From positions 48,670,001 through 48,734,000 of the forward strand of contig CAIIXF020000001.1 in the NCBI GenBank assembly GCA_903813345.2: a DNA stretch of 64,000 bases, in the 5' to 3' direction. This document shows positions 12,999 through 26,157 of this stretch, piece by piece. This DNA is from Owenia fusiformis (taxonomy: Eukaryota). The translations under genes were made by a program, and so were the position numbers. The notes under the pieces were generated by a model. The model had not been told where the DNA came from. It was given only the letters and a program-made list of their open reading frames with translations, and ran no database searches. How positions within the stretch are numbered: the first letter of the stretch is position 1; every line of letters begins with the position of its first letter.

Positions 12999-13236
12999 TT
13001 AGTTTAAAAGGTTTTGTTAAGGTCATTTTGATCCCAAGTTAGCTGACACATCCCATGATCAAAAATCCCACGATGCCCTATGGAAAGAATGAATAGGTTC
13101 ATTCTCAGTGGGACTTCGCCAAATGATACCCAATCGAATCTCGTGGGACTCAATGGGGCTTCATGGGGTAAATCCCAAGGAATCCGAAGGAGTTCCATCG
13201 GGCAAAGCTCAATGAAGTCCAACAGATTTCCATGAG

Positions 13237-16200
13237 TAGTCCGGTGGCCAAGAAGGAAGGGGTCGTTTTAGGGTATAAAGTTTTTTTCTTTGCATATTCT
13301 GATAGTACTTGACATTCTTAAGTAAATTAAACAATCTGCAAAATTTTATAGGTTGAGCATTTTTTTCTGCTGACTCAGCAAATTTTTTACTTTATTTTTC
13401 AATTATTCTAATTTATCTCACTGAAAAATATATTGTGAGGTTATATTAAGCACTTATTTAACACAGACCTCTTCAAAACTCGACAAATGCATAAAATTAT
13501 AATGTCTTAAAAAGTGCTGAGTCATCATTTTTTCTAATAATTGTTTTTTTTGCAGATTTATATCGCTAATCTTAGAAAATCCAAGTTTTAAGATCAATAT
13601 TTCACAAACTAATGCATTTGTAGGCAAAGTGCTTTTAATTGGTTATTATCCCAGACATAGAGTGAAGTCCTCCACCCATTCGTCTGTTATCAAGATGGCC
13701 ACCACTTTAAAAATGACGGGACTATTTCGCGAAAATATTAACTCTTTATTTTTAAACCAAAGTACTGAATATTTTTTTTAAAATTTTGGTAGTATATTCA
13801 CAACATCCATCTTTTCCACATATATTCTATGTTTTTCACCCTGCCCCCCCCCCCGGGCTGAGTATAGGAGGGAGGGGGTGGGGAAAAAGAAATTTTCATT
13901 AATTTTGAGATCTTTCTGAAGTGTAGCTTTATTATACTCAAATGAAAGGCAATTTAGAGTGGATTGCAAATATTGTATCATTTTTCTGATTCAGACCTCG
14001 AAAAATTCAAAATGGCTGCCTAATGTAGGATTACACAATAATTTCCTGATCCATTCAAAGTATGTCTATATGGCCGAGAGGGCTTGAGCGCCAGCACGTT
14101 CAAACTAGGCAATTAGGTGCTGTAACCACGAGTTTGAGACGTGTGTGCTCCTTGTGTTTATTCATTTATACTCAAATTGAAGTAGATAACAATCATTGTA
14201 TTGTTTCTAGAGTAGAAATTCGCTATTACTCAGCGATTTCTTCAAAGTAAGGCTATATATTTAAGAAATATAGACTGAAGAGCAGGTGTTATATCGACGA
14301 TTACACCATGCAGGGCTAGGTACAAATGTTTTATGTACCCCGAACGACTGAAGGGAGTGAAGTGTTCGAAAGCTTTTGTGCCTAGCTCTATCATATGGGG
14401 TGTACGTATCCTAGCTTATTAGATATGGCATTGCATGCTCTAAATATTTAGATTTTAAGTCAAGACACAATACTTTAGTGATCAAACTGTTAGGTCAAGG
14501 TTATACTTGTAAAAAGTTTAAGAAATACTTTCTGGTCTTTGCTGAAAAATACAAGTCATTAATTTCGAAGTTTTAAGTTTTACAACTTGAGATGCTGAAG
14601 GATGTAGGAATTGTTTAAGAAATTGGCGCTGAACTCACAATTTTTTCAATTGGCACCTTTTGAGGTGGATCCCAGCACTGGCATTAATGGTTGAGAAATA
14701 GGGATCGAAACCAGCCATAGTTCTCTCCTGATGACCATTGTGAATTATTGTGTTTTATGGATTATGGCGATGGCTTTTGCGAATGGATGTTGACCCTTTG
14801 AAACGCCTATGGACTTGTAGACTGGATTTTATCTATCCCACATCATTTGAGACTGAATGCTCTATTTTATATGAGTACTTGTATCTACAACTATTTTTGA
14901 TGTTATGAGTATTGGATATCAATTTCTAATTTTTTCTTCAACATGTATTGTAATGACTTCAGTATGAATGAAATGTCCCTTGGTGTTCTAGTCTTGGATT
15001 GTGATATTGGTTCTTGAATGGCGGGGGAAAGACATTGTTTCTTTTCATGTTAGATCATGGTTTTGGGATATATGGGGTTTGTTTTTCTTGACTGGTATGC
15101 ACTTAGAGTTTGCTTTTTCTTGCTAAGTTCCATTACAACTTTTGGTCCTTTCCCTTTGGCACTCGTGCTTAGATATCTAAGGGGTGTATTTGTCGATATT
15201 ACACATTATTCGTATTACCAGGGGTAGTGTTGAGGAATATACCCCAGGTGAAATTCTGATATATCTGTAATGTATGCCTTTTAATATCTGTCAATTTGAT
15301 CAAGGGTAGAGTAGATGGTAAATAATCACATCATGCCATATACAGATTCATGAATATATTGTAGTGTTCGTTGGGATTTGCTACTCCGTGGAGTTGTCGT
15401 TTTCTAGTTAGATAACTATTACATAATCAACACTGTCGCTGTACTGCTAAACAGTCATTTTCTCCTGAAGCGCGCCATCCAGCCATTCACATTTATGGGC
15501 TTCAAGACTTCTGATGAGACACACTGTATGTCTTCTGGTAAAGCTCCTAAGTAATAATTCTCAACTTTTTCTCAACTAAATTGTGTTGATTCAAGGGCGG
15601 ATGGATTGGGACAATCTGCATATTTCAAGTTTTCCAATGAGCCCCCTTGAAATTTCTGCAATCTGCAAACGCCTTAATTGTTGGGGGTAGGGTTCGAACT
15701 TCATTGCTGTTGTAGATTGTTTTAATCGCTTTATATCCACCACTGCCCTCCCAGGTGATTTTCGCTGCATGGTGGACAGATTCTGCAACTGATGGTTGTG
15801 GTTATGATGCACAAGAAGAATATGCTATATATATCATTCCATGCCATATTCATTTGTAAGATGTTTAGCTTTAATCATCATGGTCATCATTGTGCTAGGG
15901 TCGGATGGTTTCATGTCAGCCAATGGCTAGTACTTTTTTAAGGTGGCAGGCTTAACTGATTTCTCTTTCATTGTAGTCAATCTGGTAAAGTATCCTCCAT
16001 ACTTGGGGATTTAATAGCTCAATATTCTTTTTAGTTGTACTGCCAATATCACCAATGTATGGGTTGACTTCCATCCATTCCAAAAGGACATGTTTGCTCC
16101 AAAATTGTTTGAAATTATCTGTATCAATCTAGATACAACAGCAGAAGCCTTGAACTCCAGCAGTATAGTCCCAAGCGATATTTGTAGAGGTAAATAATTG

Positions 16201-16834
16201 TTGATAACTAAGTTGGTGATTCAGTAATCTCTTAGAGGGGAAAGATCACAATTGTTATTTTTCACACCTCTATGAAAATGGAATGTTAGTATAGTCACAT
16301 TTTTCGTTTGGATGACATTTTTTGACAAATTAGTTTAAAAAGCATCATATTTTGTATCACATGATGACTTTATAAATTGAGGTACATTGAATATAATTGC
16401 ATGTGCTTCTATCAAAATATGTACTATAGGTATTATCTTTTAACAAAGTTTTTTTATTGTAATACTATGTAATCAATCTCAAACTAGATATCAGCAACTC
16501 GCACAGATATTAAGACATACATACATTAGAGATATATAAGAAGTTTCACAGATTTAAGCATATGAGTGACCATTAAGGGGTTTCAAAGGTATAAATCATC
16601 AAGACAATACTATTTGAAATCTAATATAGTATCATGTAACACTACTTTGAAAAGATCTTTAAGTAATACAGAATTCCTGCTCTATGCAGCCATTTTGAAT
16701 CTTAAGGCATGAATTAGGAAAAACAATACTTTAACAGTGACCTGCTCTCACATTCCTTCAAATTGAATATAAAATACGCATACTTTGAAGATCACAAAAT
16801 TATTGCGAAATCCCACACTAGGCGGCCATTTTTA
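13237..16834. mobile_element. Second Academ-like element (different family) nested in copy 1
   Basis: Absent from copy 2 (empty site catgaggtccc, ~33847). Flanked by GAG/GAG. The left end TAGTCCGGTGGCCAAG resembles the host terminus and shares the tgctgactcagca motif. The right terminus is not a clean inverted copy. Confidence 0.55.
13643..15408 (+). mobile_element. HINE-like element with an internal inverted-repeat-bounded insert (14286-15204)
   Basis: 5' ttattatccca..atagagtgaagtcctcc; body similar to 45290-45780; 3' gttcgttggga, hairpin actccgtggagt, then CTAGT. Insert bounded by gtgttatatcgacgattacacc / ggtgtatttgtcgatattacac. Confidence 0.7.
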
Positions 16835-17766
16835 GAGGTCCCACCCAATGTTAAATCAATGGAGATCCCACCCAATGTTAAATCAATGGAGGTCCCACCA
16901 TGCCATATTGGTGTATATTAGACTTTAGCGAAGTAACTTCCTTTGTTTACATTAATCAAATCGTTAAAAAGGAAAAGTTGTCAAAACTTTGTAAGAGCGT
17001 GATTATTTGGACCGATTTCACTTGTCTGCTACAGCTATCTTAGTTTTACACGAACTGAGCGGGCCAGTGCCATTCATAATATCTTCAAATAAACTTTTTC
17101 TTCTGCATTCAATTCATGACCACATGTTACTACAGAATCCATAGGATCCTCGGGGATGAGCCATTCCATGGTCACTTGGCCTTGGATTGAATGTCTTTAA
17201 CTCGGGTGAATAGGTTTATTATGAAGGGGTTTCCATGATAACGTATGGTCTTCGAAAAACAGATTCCAAAAGTCAATGGGAGTGACAAAACGTAAGTAAT
17301 GCTTAATAACTGAGTGGATTGGTTGATCCCAAGATATTATCAGTCAGTAGCTTATTAAGTACGATAACAGTAGCAGGGAACAAAAACTGGAACTTACTGT
17401 TATGCGGTAATCACGATACAAAAATATGTCATATTCCGCAATGAATATGGCATATTCTAACAAATGAAAATGTGATATGGAAGTACGCAATTGTCAATTG
17501 CTTAGATTGAATGAACAAGTTAAACATTATAAATTATTATAATGATTACTGAATCAACAGCACTGTGTATCAAATATATTAACTTAGAATATATTAACTT
17601 AGCAAAAGTATCAGTCACCAATCTTGTGCAATAAACTTACTTAATCAATCCAGGATTGATACATTAGTACGAGACACACTAACTATATTGGTAATCCAGC
17701 GTAGTTTTTCATTTAGAGTCGATTCTCGCAATCAATCAAATCAAGGCTTTCTGTATCACGTTTTCG

Positions 17767-17975
17767 ACTGTGGTATATGGCACTTTCCGCAAGTGAGTAT
17801 GACATATTCCGCAGGTGAGTATGGGGTATTCACTGAAATCAATGTATCGCATATTCACTGCGGAATATTGCATACCCACCAGCAGAATATGCCATACACT
17901 GCAGGTGAGTATGGCATATTCACCCATATCACAAATACTGCGCAACCATGAATGTATGCCATATACCACGTATAC
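17767..17975. repeat. Palindromic short-unit repeat (gcaggtgagtatggcatattcacc) internal to the Academ-like element; equivalent at ~34728-34950
   Basis: Repeated caggtgagtatg / catattcacctgc in both orientations, present in both element copies. Confidence 0.7.
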
Positions 17976-18332
17976 CGACGTACTGTCGATCATGCTGCTC
18001 CAGGAATAATGAGTCATCTGTACAAAGCATAATCAAGGTGGTAGAAGAAAATGAGAACCCATTTAAGATTGAAATTTTGATAATTAGCCATCTTGATTCT
18101 CAAGGGATCAATTTCTCCAACTGTATAATAACATGGAAGTCGAAGATGATAATAAGCTCCATTAAATACTTACTATGGAGGTGATGACTTTGCTGGGGTT
18201 TCTTAACTCTTCTATATACAGCTAGGGATACAATTATTTTCTGTACAAAGTACAATCAGTTCCCTTGATACTATGTGAAGTATCGGGTGCTAGACTAGCA
18301 GTGAAACATTATCTCCAATTCCTTAGGGACAA

Positions 18333-18603
18333 TAGGGCCGAAGCCAGCTTTGGTTCAGTGGGGGTTTGATCGCCAAAACATTTTTGGTTTTCAGTCAGGG
18401 GGATGCAACTCTGGCATAAAAAAAGCTAAAAATTAAGATCTATCTTGAATTTTACAAATCTTGATTCAACTTCCTTCAAAATAGGGCTAGAAGCTTAAAA
18501 TAAAAAGCATTTAAAAACTCTTCTTCTATCTCATGGTTATATTTTTATTGGTTATGGGGGGGGGGGGGGTGCGATCCCATTGCACCCCCTGGCTAAGCCT
18601 ATG
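18333..18603. mobile_element. hAT-like MITE with 5-bp TSD inside Academ copy 1 (same insertion at 35469-35712 in copy 2)
   Basis: GACAA|tagggccgaagccag...ctggctaagcctatg|GACAA, at the same position in both Academ copies. Confidence 0.6.
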
Positions 18604-20439
18604 GACAAGATGTATTATTTTGACATAAACAAAACATACACATCTTGTTATGTTCTACAACTACAACTAAACAATTTATGACATATATACAATATGAAGT
18701 GTGCAAACTGCAACCAGGCTGTGTGAAACTCTGGCTCTTAATCATTTGGCGTTACAATTTGTTATTATATAGCTAATTATTTGCAGCAACAATAGGAGTC
18801 CCGTTGCAGTTTACATGGACCCTATACTATAAAGCATGTACACCCCCTCTATAAGTTTGGCAACTGGAAGTTATTATATGATAGCATATCAAAGTCTGTC
18901 AATGTTTAAAACTTGATTATGTTCCTTATTACCACATTTCAGATACTTCGATTTCATATGCCAAAAATAAACAGACTTTAATAAGTGATTCAAAGGGGTT
19001 TCAGTTGCCAAACTTATGATGGGAAGTGCTATCATTCATAAACATAAACTATAACTACATGAACAACATTAGGAAAGAATGGCACCCGAAATACAGTTTT
19101 GAAAAATGTTATTAGTACACATACATGTATTTCCAATTGCTGACCACACATGATCTAAATGGTTTTATGGTTTATGGCAATGATAAGCTGTAAAAAATAT
19201 AAAATGATAGATAATGAATATGTTTAGCATATTATGATGTCACATATAGTGTTCAGATTTATTTAGAATAACACTTTTTGCTATAATGATACATATTTTC
19301 TATTTGACCCTAGCAAAAAGTTCTGAAGTGTAAGGTGCCACGCCCCCTTTCTTGAATTTTCAGGGGAAGGGTAAGAGAAAAATCAGAAAAAATAAATGCA
19401 TGCACTTTTTATTGAAACTTATGCAGGAAATATTTGCTAACATCATCAGTGAAGTTTTCAATCAGGTTTTATACACCATAGGCCCTTACTGTTTTTTAAA
19501 TGACTGATTAACTATCGACTGATTAAGAAATTTTGAGAAGAAATTATGTACTTTTAGGGACAAATTATCCCATATCTCTACCAAATTTTGTTGGATAAGA
19601 CCCAAACTTTCAGGAATTCTTCATACATGCCTTATTGATATACTAACAATGTTTCATAACAATTGCAATATCCTGAAATGAGATATTAAATAGTTTCAAG
19701 CATATGGTCAAACTCCGACTCGAAAATGATAAAATTTGCTGACTCGGCACTTTTGAGCCTGCTTTGCAAGGGTTCACAAACTTTTTTTTACATGCCTTGG
19801 GGTCCCCTACAAGAATCTAAAGTCAAATTGAATCTAGGTGTTTTGGACACAAATCGCCTTGGCCGTAGCACTACTATTCAAGAAGAAATTTTCAAGATGG
19901 CCGCTAAATATCAAAATATGTTTTGTTCGGTGGAGTTTGCTACTCCGTGGAGTTGCTGTTTTTCTAGATAAAATATTATGTGTGCGTTCTAAAATTTAGT
20001 TTTGAATACATAAATAGACAGATATATAGTATTGAACTTACAGATGCTTTCAAAAATTGATTTCTCAGTTTCACAAAAAAGTGAGTTGGGACATTTTTAC
20101 TCTCATAGGGCGATATGTGCGAGCTCTAAAATTTAGTTTTGAATAAATAGACAATTTTCCGAACAAAAAGTCCTTCAAAAACCATTTTTTGAAATTAAAA
20201 AAATCTCAAACATCACATTTTGATAACATTGGGTAAAACTACAATATAAAGTGGTTTAAACTTTATATGGGGCCTTTAGTAATCGCAGTCACCGTTTACT
20301 TCACAATATATCTGATTTACTTCTTGGTTAAAAGACAAATTCAGGTTTTGTTCAATTCATATTTGTAAACGTTTGCTCTCTGTGGGTTTCGTGCATGCAA
20401 ATCATTATTACATCCTGGTTGATTTGAATGCATCAAAAT

Positions 20440-20545
20440 TAAGTTTGAATTCACCTTTCCACAAAGTCAAGAAAATCGATAATTTCCGCTGTGATTGGCT
20501 ATATGCAAAAAATGATTGCGGAAATCGATGACGTCAATGATAGAA
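20440..20545 (-). promoter_or_regulatory. Candidate promoter cluster, possibly the TLR promoter
   Basis: Perfect CRE TGACGTCA at 20529-20536, minus-strand CCAAT at 20494-20498, octamer-like ATGCAAA at ~20503 and aatttcc at 20481. Lies just outside the TE stack. Confidence 0.35.
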
Positions 20546-21179
20546 AGTTTTGAGGAATTAGAACAGCCAGTATATGAATATTTTGACTTAACTTGATAAA
20601 AACGACCATATTTGCCCAATGCAGTAAATATTTTTAATCAAATATGAAATATGGACGGGGCACTTTCATCCCAAATCTTAGATAATTTAATTCAATCAAT
20701 TTTCTATATAGAACTAGATAGAGTTTATTAATTCTCTGTTCAGCCTTAACATCTCATGCGATTGTAAACAAAAAAAGTAAATGGTGAAGTTACACAAGTA
20801 ACTCGATTAAATTATCTGGTCGTGGTCCTATTAAATGGCTTTTACGTCGTAAAGTATAAAATGCCATCTCAAATTCACCGTAACTGCCATTCACACAAAT
20901 CATGCAACTCAATTGAATTGAAACACAAAAACAAGTATTTCGGATATTTTGTTATTCAGGATCACATCGACCCTACAGTAACAGTTCACATAAGCAAAAT
21001 ATTTTTAAAATCATAAATATATTATATGGTAACTAAATTGAGTTTCTTTTACTTCGAACATTTCAATAAAACATACAATCGGGTTTCTTGCTAAATACAA
21101 TTTATTATTAGGTCTAGTGGAATAACCCCAGAAATAACCTTCATCCACCAAACGTGGGGAACGCCAATGGGCTTATTAA

Positions 21180-21751
21180 AGGGTGACGCATATCGTTTAG
21201 CAAATCGAACGCTCGTTTCTGGTGTTGCTCACCGTTTAGTATAAAAGGCCCGATCCCGGAATAATACTCAAGGGTTTACAGGTTCTAGGTCGTTGTGTCA
21301 ACACCTCTAACTGTTATATAGTATAAGTATATTATAGATCGTCACACATTTATAAAAGGGTGATTTTTATTTTGACAAATCAATTCCACATTTATGGGTG
21401 AAATTTCAGGATCTTCTATTTGTGTACAATAAGGAAAAATTGGCATCTAAATTTCCCCATAACGTAATAGCACACAGCTTGGCATATGAAATATCCTACA
21501 AATGAAACAAAGCAAGACAAACCGGTTTCTAATACAAGGATTTATATTGGCTGTTGTACATGTATTCTTTGAACGCAATCACTCTTTGGATAACGTTTTC
21601 AAAATCATTATAAACGGATTACTTTATCTCAAAGACAATTTCAATAAACTGGATTTTACAGAACTCCCCTTATTTCTAAAAAATGGACTGATCCAGTTGA
21701 TTCGCCTGGAGCCGCCATATTGTTTTTATACGGGATGCTAATCGTCACCCT
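21180..21751. mobile_element. Kolobok-like MITE
   Basis: TTAA|AGGGTGACG...CGTCACCCT|TTAA. Confidence 0.6.
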
Positions 21752-22106
21752 TTAAGAAGAAGATATTTCCAAGGCCAAATTCTTTATTCAAAGAAGCTGT
21801 TGAAGTTTGCGAAAAGCAAAATTCTGTGGGGACAGTTAAACCATTACTGTATTATTTTCCAAGTGAAATATGTACATTACGTTTACGATAGCTGATGTAG
21901 TGCTACCTTTTAGTGTTTATTAGCCACGATCAGCGATTATACTATAAACAAATATTGTATTCTGTTGAGTGCAATACCTGTATATGTTTCTGAGGGTGAA
22001 TTCCACGCAGCCCAAAGGGCAAATGGAATACATCCCTCAGAAATAAGATATGGTCTTTACGAATATTGCATGCAAAATACATGGGAATTACTAATCATAA
22101 AGCGAA

Positions 22107-22176
22107 TTATCCCAACGAACGAAGTTCTGTAGGGTTATAGTGAAGCCCTCCGTCCGTCTGTCCGTCCGTCCCTCCA
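22107..22176 (+). mobile_element. HINE-like element, 5' part (continues at 44273)
   Basis: Sub-TIR tcccaacgaac, then tagggttatagtgaagccctcc and a (GTCC)n microsatellite. The same head occurs in the uninterrupted copy at ~63665. Confidence 0.75.
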
Positions 22177-23645
22177 TACAATACCCCATGTTTTCTCCGT
22201 CCACTTTTCGAAAAAATCTTTTTTTGCAATATTTCAATTATTTTGTTTTAAAATGTAGTTTTAACAATCAGATACTATAGAATATATCCCCACGCACCTG
22301 TAAACGGCAATTTGAGCAGCAACAATGATTTAAGCGCAAGTTATTACCTTTCAAAATTTTTTGACTGGGGTATCAGGCGCGTGGCTGAAAAACATTGTTC
22401 CTAACATCGCTGGAAATAGCCGTATACACCAATGGAAAGCGTTTTTGAATCCCTATTTTATGGTTCTGATCACACATAAAAACAATGACGCATAGAATAC
22501 GGTTTCCTCCGTCCACCGAAAAAATGCAACCTATCTTGTTGTAACATTCTGACCTATCTTTCATGAGATCAGAAAATTGATGGAAATTATTTTTAATATC
22601 TTTCTCGCTCGATTCTTCCGCTAAAACTTCGTCAGATTTGAGAATATAGTCTAAGGAACATCTCCTTGACAGGAATTTATCCACATTGAAATATATTTTG
22701 AGAAAATTGATGTAATCGAGATTGATTTTTACGCTCCTTTTACCCCATGTTACGAGCGTTTTTCGTAAAACGATAATTGTTTAAATTAAAGTCTCAAAAC
22801 ATTATATTATACCTGTATAAATACATTAAATAAATCATGGCTAATAAAATACAAACTTCTGATGTACTTTGCCAGAACACAATACGTTAATGAATACGCT
22901 AGATTAAGAAATGCTTGCCCGTCTACGCGTATTTTACCCCAAGTTACGAGCGTTTTTCATCGTTTATTTATTTTTTGATTTTTTTGTTGTATAATCATAT
23001 TATCGAAAAATAACCCCAATATACATTTGTAAATATGTTTATACAATAAAGACACGCATTTAAGAAAAATAATACATAAGATGCTCAATTGATGAAAGCG
23101 CTAGGCCTATTTTAAGATTACGAATGGTGCCCGTCCTTTGATTTTGAACACATATCTGTATTATTTAATTTTATCTATTAGAAGTAAATTATTCATAATT
23201 GTACTTTATTTTCACGATTATTGAAGAGTTTAAAACATATCGGTTGTAAATATGTATCCAAAAACCTACTGTTTCCTTACCTTGTATATAATTTGGCACA
23301 GCAAAACAACCTATTTTTTAAATAAATCAAATGTCACATTTAATCTCCCTATTAATAATAGCTACGTTATCTATGTAAACCTGAACTTAATCTCTCTAAT
23401 TATTAATTGGTTGCATAATTGGCACACAAATACATGGTCTTGTTATCCAGATAACGCTTGAAATTTCAACTAAATCTGATAACAGGTATTGGAGTTATCA
23501 TCCAGACAAAAAGCCCTGCTTGAATGGTTTGGTGAACTTTGAGATCCACTATCTCTAATTTCTAAACAAAATTGTTTTAGTAAATGATAGAATAGTGTCT
23601 CAACAACGGTGGACAAAACTCAAAACATTACAAAAGATACACTGT

Positions 23646-23722
23646 ATAATATGTTTTCAGCTAACAGTCTGAAGGCCACTCATTAGGCTACTGGTCTTCA
23701 AACTGTTAGCTGAAAACATATT
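23646..23722. repeat. Near-perfect hairpin with ~30-bp arms
   Basis: taatatgttttcagctaacagtctgaaggcca...tggtcttcaaactgttagctgaaaacatatta. Confidence 0.7.
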
Positions 23723-26157
23723 AGATATATTACATTAATGCAGATATTAGCATATCACTATATCATGTCATTTAATGTCAAGAAAAGGTACATTTTAGAG
23801 CATAGTACGTTGGCACCATTTTCACCATGTTTCCTACAAACCAGGAAGAGTTACGCTACACTTGAGGAACTACATCCCGGGAATTCTTTGTTTGTTTCGT
23901 TCAGAGGGATCGCGTAATCGAGCCAGGAGTAAAGTTGAGAAATCTGGTAAGTTCAATTCAAATTCAAGTTGAATCATTTTGGAGATGTTGTGATATTATA
24001 AATGCAATCGTTGTGCTCTACCTTATAAGATATTATTGTTATTAATTAATTGTATGTAAATGTTGGTTTTGTAACCTCTGTTTTGTAAAATAATTCTAGA
24101 GTCTTATTCCCCGTCAATCACTTTTCGCCCTGTGGTGTCGACTCAATAGACTATAGGCCTAGACCTAGAGTTTGCAGTTTGATTTGGGCTTTCAATTTAT
24201 TCTAACTAAAGATGAGGAAGATTAGAATAGCCAAGGACTTGGAATAGTAAAACTGATTTGGCCTTGGGCTCAAATCAAAGTGGAATTTCAGGACTGTGTT
24301 CATTGACTTTTTGAAACTTCAAGACTGGTTCAATAAGGCTTAATTCTTAATCTGAATTTTGATAGGTGGATTGAATCATGAGAATTGGAAGCCCATGATT
24401 GCATTAATGTCCATACTATGTATTGAGGGGACTCATCTCTAATCCTTACGACAATGGTGATATATTTGCCAAGTGAAGAAATACTGAGAATAAACATCTC
24501 TAGGAAAAGCTTGTTTGTTAACTTCATGTTTTACGAGTGTTCTATATTAAATGTCAATGACGTTTTACGACATAATAACTCATAGCAACTATGAGCCCCT
24601 CAGCATTGTTTTATCATGACGTGATAAAACGCTCTTGTTAACAAATTCTCGGATTATGGTACCATTATCTGTGACATCAGTGACACATTGCCCCATCAAC
24701 AATTAAACAAACAAACAAAATATACATCACTGATTTTTGAAATCATTGTATAATTTGGAACATTGCTTTTATTTGTTTTCCTAAGTTGTTTCGATTTCAT
24801 TCATTATATTCCAGCAGAATCTACATATGTTTGCAAATGTTTTACAGACATTATGAGTCTTATGACAACCCTATCATGTAACTTGCTTTTTCTGCTAAAT
24901 GCCATTAGCATGAGAAAATATTAGTTTTCCGCATTATAGTTCTAGTTTTATATGTCTCTGATTAGATGTATAAGAAAATCATTATATGGAATGGGCAGCA
25001 AGATTGTGTAGTAAGTGTACTCCTTAATAACACTTAAAAATAAAAAAGGTTCCACCTATCTCAAAGAATATCAAAGTTTATTGAAATAAATATATTTAAT
25101 GAAATTCTAAAAATGTCAGAAAAAAGCAAAACTCTGGTTATGAATAACTTACAGAAAAAATTGACGGTGGAACCTTTTTATTGAAATTTTTTCAGGGGTA
25201 CATGATCTAACTTGTTTAAAACAATAAAAACAATATGTCAATTTTCTAGTTTTTCCTCAAAAATGTCAAAGTTTATGAAAATTGAAAGTCAATTAAAATT
25301 TGATATGGCGTCAATTGTACTGCCGAACTTGGGTAAGGGGTCAAAATCCTATATCTATCCTGTTATTGCAATGCTTTATTAGTACTAATGAAAAATAATT
25401 GGCACCAAAACACTTCAGCTTATCAAATGCCGTAAATTAAAAACAATCTTGTTGACCGTATGACAATTTTCCTTAGCTTGCATCACTAAATTAAGAATGT
25501 GTCGCTTTTAAAGCAAGCCTGTTCAAGCAAAGTGGGTAAATTGAGGCATTTTTTACGGAACGTCATACTCCTCTAATCTTTAAAGATTCTCGCAATCTTT
25601 ATCCAATCAGCGTTTGCGAGTGTGTCGGCTCACGTATAAAAGGCGAATCCAACTCAAATCCATGCAGGGGTGTATGAGGTACTCGAATAGGAAAGAGCTA
25701 GTGAAATCTGAATTTAAATGCACATGGTCAATGTTTACACATGTTTGGAGTTATTGAAGAAAATGTGATATGAGTGTGGTTCCGAATTTGAAGTCATTGC
25801 TGGAAAATATGATTTTAATACGTGAAATTATATCTATAAATACAGCACTAAAAATAACAGTACACATGAAGTACATGTATGATTGTGTTCAGAAATGTTT
25901 GAAACCCTTACGGAAAATTATATCTGCATTTTGTCACCATTGCTCTTTCTTCCCGCGTTCTAGTGCTGTTTGAATGAATATATCAATTAATGTATTTCTA
26001 ACTAAAATATATCACATTTTTTTATAAACCACAAACATTTAGATCATAAAAAAATTATTCAATACTTGAGTGAGCATGATATGCAAGGGTTACTAAGTTG
26101 ACACAGTAAATGACCACTGATATTGTGTTAGTCCATGCACACAGCGTATTCTGCTAA

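Larger units (their letters stand above)
9234..19873. mobile_element. Academ-like non-autonomous DNA transposon, copy 1 (10.6 kb including nested inserts)
   Basis: Termini TAGTGCTACGGCCAAGGCG...CGCCTTGGCCGTAGCACTA with ~1.1-kb imperfect TIRs. 3-bp TSD CCA/CTA (one mismatch) restores the host repeat. Collinear with copy 2. The superfamily is inferred from TAG..CTA ends, long TIRs and a 3-bp TSD. Confidence 0.8.
8430..19967 (+). mobile_element. HINE/DINE-1-like Helentron-associated element, split by Academ-like copy 1 (own sequence 8430-9233 and 19874-19967)
   Basis: 5' end ttattacccctccgaag; central tandem units (tctttgataactcaaatac..tttggttcaaattttata..aagatggc). The unit resumes in register after 19873. 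The 3' hairpin gctactccgtggagttgc followed by ttttCTAG is shared with the other copies. Confidence 0.75.
7811..20275. mobile_element. Kolobok-like MITE, the outermost element of a nested TE stack (own sequence 7811-8429 and 19968-20275)
   Basis: TTAA|AGGCCCAATGTTAAGTTT on the left is inverted against AAACTTTATATGGGGCCT|TTAG on the right. A TTAA target with AGG termini fits Kolobok. Confidence 0.6.

Noticed and set aside
13004..13222. Similar ORFs at 13004-13222 and 33650-33889 (also 17736-18017 and 34728-35000)
   Set aside because: They come from corresponding repetitive internal segments of the two Academ-like copies; there is no evidence of coding function.
15511..15540. Hammerhead ribozyme-like CTGATGA followed by a GACA/TGTC stem
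   Set aside because: The essential GAAA after stem II is missing (ttct instead), and no stems I/III are evident.
15440..15815. GWMARFRRK motif resembling a CENP-B/pogo helix-turn-helix
   Set aside because: Isolated short match followed immediately by a stop inside a nested TE; family not assignable.
19726..19971. Repeated ORF MIKFADSALLSLLCKGSQ... (also 32155-32394 and 36843-37028)
   Set aside because: It is the Academ-like TIR read outward; the C-termini differ with the flanking DNA. Not a gene family.
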